A stretch of DNA of 23,559 nt from Lymnaea stagnalis (Eukaryota), in the NCBI GenBank assembly GCA_964033795.1, contig CAXITT010000282.1, positions 484,790-508,348 of the forward strand, in the 5' to 3' direction. Shown piece after piece: positions 20,762 to 23,559 of this stretch (position 1 is the stretch's first letter; the number at the start of each line of letters is the position of its first letter). A program made the translations under genes and the position numbers. The notes under the pieces are model-generated. The model had not been told where the DNA came from. It worked only from the letters and a program-made list of their open reading frames with translations, and searched no databases.

Positions 20762-20767
20762 TAAAAT
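20762..20767 (+). promoter_or_regulatory. Possible polyadenylation signal ATTAAA
   Basis: 'gctgcttattaaaattg' lies about 100 nt after the stop codon of the candidate terminal exon. AT-rich hexamers are common in this DNA, so the support is weak. Confidence 0.25.
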
Positions 20768-21149
20768 TGTAATAAGTTTTTGTTTTATGAAAATGTTCTT
20801 CATTTTAATTATTGTATTGCTTTTTATTTTGTTGCTCTACAAGTAAGATAAATGTGCAGCGTGTACAAAAATTTTAAAATATTTTTGTCAAACTTAAGTC
20901 CGGCCCCCAACAGCATCTGAGGGGCAGTAAACTGGTCTCCCATTCAAAAAATTTTGAGGACCTCTGATGTGGGTAACAAGCTTATTTTTTTTTTTTAACC
21001 AACGAGCTGAGAAGCTGTAAGGTCTTTTCGGAATCAGACATCATTAAACTGTTCTGCCAAGTGACAAACCTAAAATTTTGTTAAACAGTTAACTTGAGCA
21101 TGTCTGTGTTTCTGCAGGATTACTATAAATTAATGATTAAAATTTATTT

Positions 21150-21500
21150 TAAGAAATTGTTGTCAGAAAAATGTTCAGATTTTGAACCTGTGTTTTCAAA
21201 ATGAAGGTATACTCAAAATGATTATTACTTTTACCCAGAGCAATTATCTCCAAATACCCTCTCCTCCCTCCTCCCCCCCCCCCCATTTATTTCTAAATCT
21301 TTTTTTAAAAAAAATGTATCCATGTTAAAATTGTTGTCAGAAAAATGTTCAGATTTTGAACCTGTGTTTTCAAAATGAAGGTATACTCAAAATGATTATT
21401 ACTTTTACCCAGAGCAATTATCTCCAAATACCCTCTCCCCCCTCCCCCCCCCCCCCCCATTTATTTCTAAATCTTTTTTTAAAAAAAATGTATCCATGTT
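21150..21500. repeat. About 175-bp tandem duplication (2 units), each ending in a C-rich tract (CCTCCCTCCTCCCCCCCCCCC)
   Basis: Units at about 21155-21328 and about 21329-21500 are nearly identical. Confidence 0.85.
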
Positions 21501-22234
21501 GTTTGATAATAGAGCAGTGAGTGGTTGCTCAAAAAAAATAATAATACATTAACAAATGTTATTTCTGTGCCCACCATTTCAACTTTTTCTATCAGTTTAA
21601 AAAGTTAATGATCAAGGTTAGATTCTTTAAAAAAAACTTAATCAAACTAATGAATGTAAATAAGAATGATTTATACAAATGAGTTATATGAGAAAAAAAG
21701 TTTTTTTCAACATTTCTGTGTAGCTGTCATTGGTTTTTATCATTGGACGATACTTAATTTTATTTACACATTGAGACTAATAAATTCTTTTAAAGATTGA
21801 CCTTTTTGGACTAGTTCAGGGACTGCATTATTTGGGGTAAATAAATGTTTTAATTTACCACAAATGTGCGATATTGGAAGTAGTCATCAACTGATCTATG
21901 TTTTTTATTTCTAATGTTACTACAATACATTTTTTTATTTTTAAAGGAAGATGCAATAATTTCTTGATTAAAATTATCTCAACTGTCTCTTTGCTTCCAC
22001 TAATATTTTTAATAGTCTGCAACATATGCTAACACTGTGTTGTGATGTGTCTGCCATCAGCCACTTGCTGCCGAACCCTTCAACTTCAACAACAAGGCAT
22101 CTGCTTGCTTCTTTCAGACATTCATTTTTTTAAACACCATTAATATTATATTATCTTGGGACATTGTATGTAAACATAAACCTTGGGATATTTTATGTAT
22201 AGGCTGCTGCATACCAATATAATATGTATACTAC

Positions 22235-22325
22235 ATGAGAATACTTGTAAACCACATAACTTTATACTTAACTGTGTGACATTATATGTAAACCACATAA
22301 CTTTATACTTAACTGCGTGACAATA
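22235..22325. repeat. 41-bp tandem repeat ×2 ('tgtaaaccacataactttatacttaactgtgtgacattata')
   Basis: Read directly. Confidence 0.8.
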
Positions 22326-23029
22326 TATGTAAGGCTTGAATATATTTGAACTCGAAAGAGGAGCAATATCATGAGTTACAAAAAACAAAAACAAAAAAAT
22401 ACTAAACCGTTCATTGTCATTGTGGTGTAAATGAAGAACATTTTGAAGCAAGTTCATTAAAATTTTTAAAGTAATTTTTAAAACTAATGTTTTCAAAACC
22501 ACAGCTCTCCTTATGGAGTACACATTCTATATGCCTACAATAAAACTGACAGATCAAGGCAGTTTAGGCTTTGCCTTGCCCTATTAATAGCTCTTTCTAT
22601 TGTTTAGAAACATGTAAAGCTGATTGTGATATTTCGTCATATAAGTAGCCCTACATTACTGTCTGCACTATTGCTTATGTAAAAATATTACTGGCTGTGC
22701 TATTTTTTTATAGAGACATATACCTGACTGTGCTATCATTTAAAGAAATATATAACTGTTTGTGCTACTGTTTATATAAATGTTTGGAGGCATTTCCCAT
22801 CTTTTCAAGTTCTTCCATGTTTAACATAATTTTACATTTTGATGAGACAGAAAACTTTTAATTTCATTTTAGCTATAATTGTAATTACAATTCAATGAGT
22901 TTTATTGACAGTTAGAGCCAGCCTATTTGATTGCATTGTGTACACAAACTTGATTTTGTGATGCTGTTTAAATCAAATTGTTCTGTTACAACACAAGATG
23001 ATATAGGTCTGTGATGTATGAATCAAATT

Positions 23030-23559
23030 GAAAGAGGCCAGAGAAAGGCTAGGAGTAAAGTATGTTGTTTTATGGAGGAGAAGATGTGCATTGAGATGGA
23101 GAGTTAAAACAGTCAGGGTGATGGGTCAAGATGAGAGTATAATAGAGTATAAGGGGAAGAGCAGTGTACGGAGTAGATGTTTATAGTTGATGTATGTAGT
23201 AGATGTATGGAGTAGATGTTTGGAGTAGAAGCTTGGAATAGATGTTTGGAGCAGATGTATGGAGTAGATGTTTGGAGTAGATGTTTGGAGTAGATGTTTG
23301 GAGTAGATGTTTGGAGTAGATGTTTGGAGTAGATGTATGTAGCAGATGTATGGAGTAGATGTTTGGAATAGATCTTTGGAGTTGGTGTTTGGAGTCGATA
23401 TTTGTTAAGAAATTATAAATTTGTATCAATTTGGCTAAATATTATATGTAGGCATATGGCTTCTTTGGGTTTTTCGTGTCTCAATTTTTATGAAACAAAA
23501 AAAAATCATGAGACATATCCATAATCAATATAATTATTTTATATATTTAACAAATTTTG
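23030..23559 (+). repeat. Dispersed repeat family, copy 2 (runs to the window end), with a (GGAGTAGATGTW)n satellite at 23165-23400
   Basis: Colinear with 19440-19915. It generates track ORF 23181-23429. Confidence 0.8.

Noticed and set aside
23181-23429. 82-aa minus-strand ORF ('NIYSKHLL' repeats)
   Set aside because: It is generated by the 12-bp (GGAGTAGATGTW)n satellite.
1-23559. tRNA, rRNA or snRNA genes
   Set aside because: No cloverleaf-compatible segments with a box A/B-like GGTTCGA(NN)CC motif were seen, and no rDNA-like conserved stretches.

Overview
This window is eukaryotic, metazoan-type genomic DNA rather than prokaryotic. It is AT-rich and packed with satellites, minisatellites and interspersed-repeat fragments. 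There are no rRNA, tRNA or CRISPR-like structures.

Most short ORFs in the supplied track are spurious. Several 'M' starts are really TTG (e.g. 7847, 16109, 20345), and many ORFs lie inside tandem repeats that are open in every frame.

The coding signal I can support is a plus-strand, intron-rich gene model. Its core is one large exon (16101-17383) with a 435-codon open frame encoding FH1-like polyproline tracts followed by about 14 tandem 15-aa FG-type repeats from a 45-bp coding minisatellite. It is entered through a strong acceptor in phase 1 and can exit through an AAG|GTGCGT donor in phase 0. Two downstream candidate exons (19189-19288 and 20313-20659) fit that phase chain exactly and end at a TAA with an ATTAAA about 100 bp further on. 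Upstream there are candidate short phase-1 symmetric exons. One of them is a 60-63-nt acidic cassette exon present in three copies (3500-3559, 8876-8938, 9677-9739). It sits inside a roughly 6.4-kb tandem segmental duplication whose unit is minisatellite, then cassette, then block R, then block S.

Other features:
- a hAT-like MITE (18060-18247) with 15-bp TIRs and an 8-bp TSD;
- a decayed non-LTR-type retroelement fragment (about 14690-15515) carrying the widespread 'DYCN...LHWLP...LKTHLF' ORF, with a 5' T-run and an (AAAT)n tail;
- a dispersed repeat family with an embedded 12-bp satellite at two loci;
- several satellite arrays (16-bp, 20-bp, 24-bp, 44-bp, 50-bp, 62-bp, 176-bp units), a (GA)n run and G-tract clusters.

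All product assignments are inferences from sequence composition and splice-phase logic. No homology search was possible.
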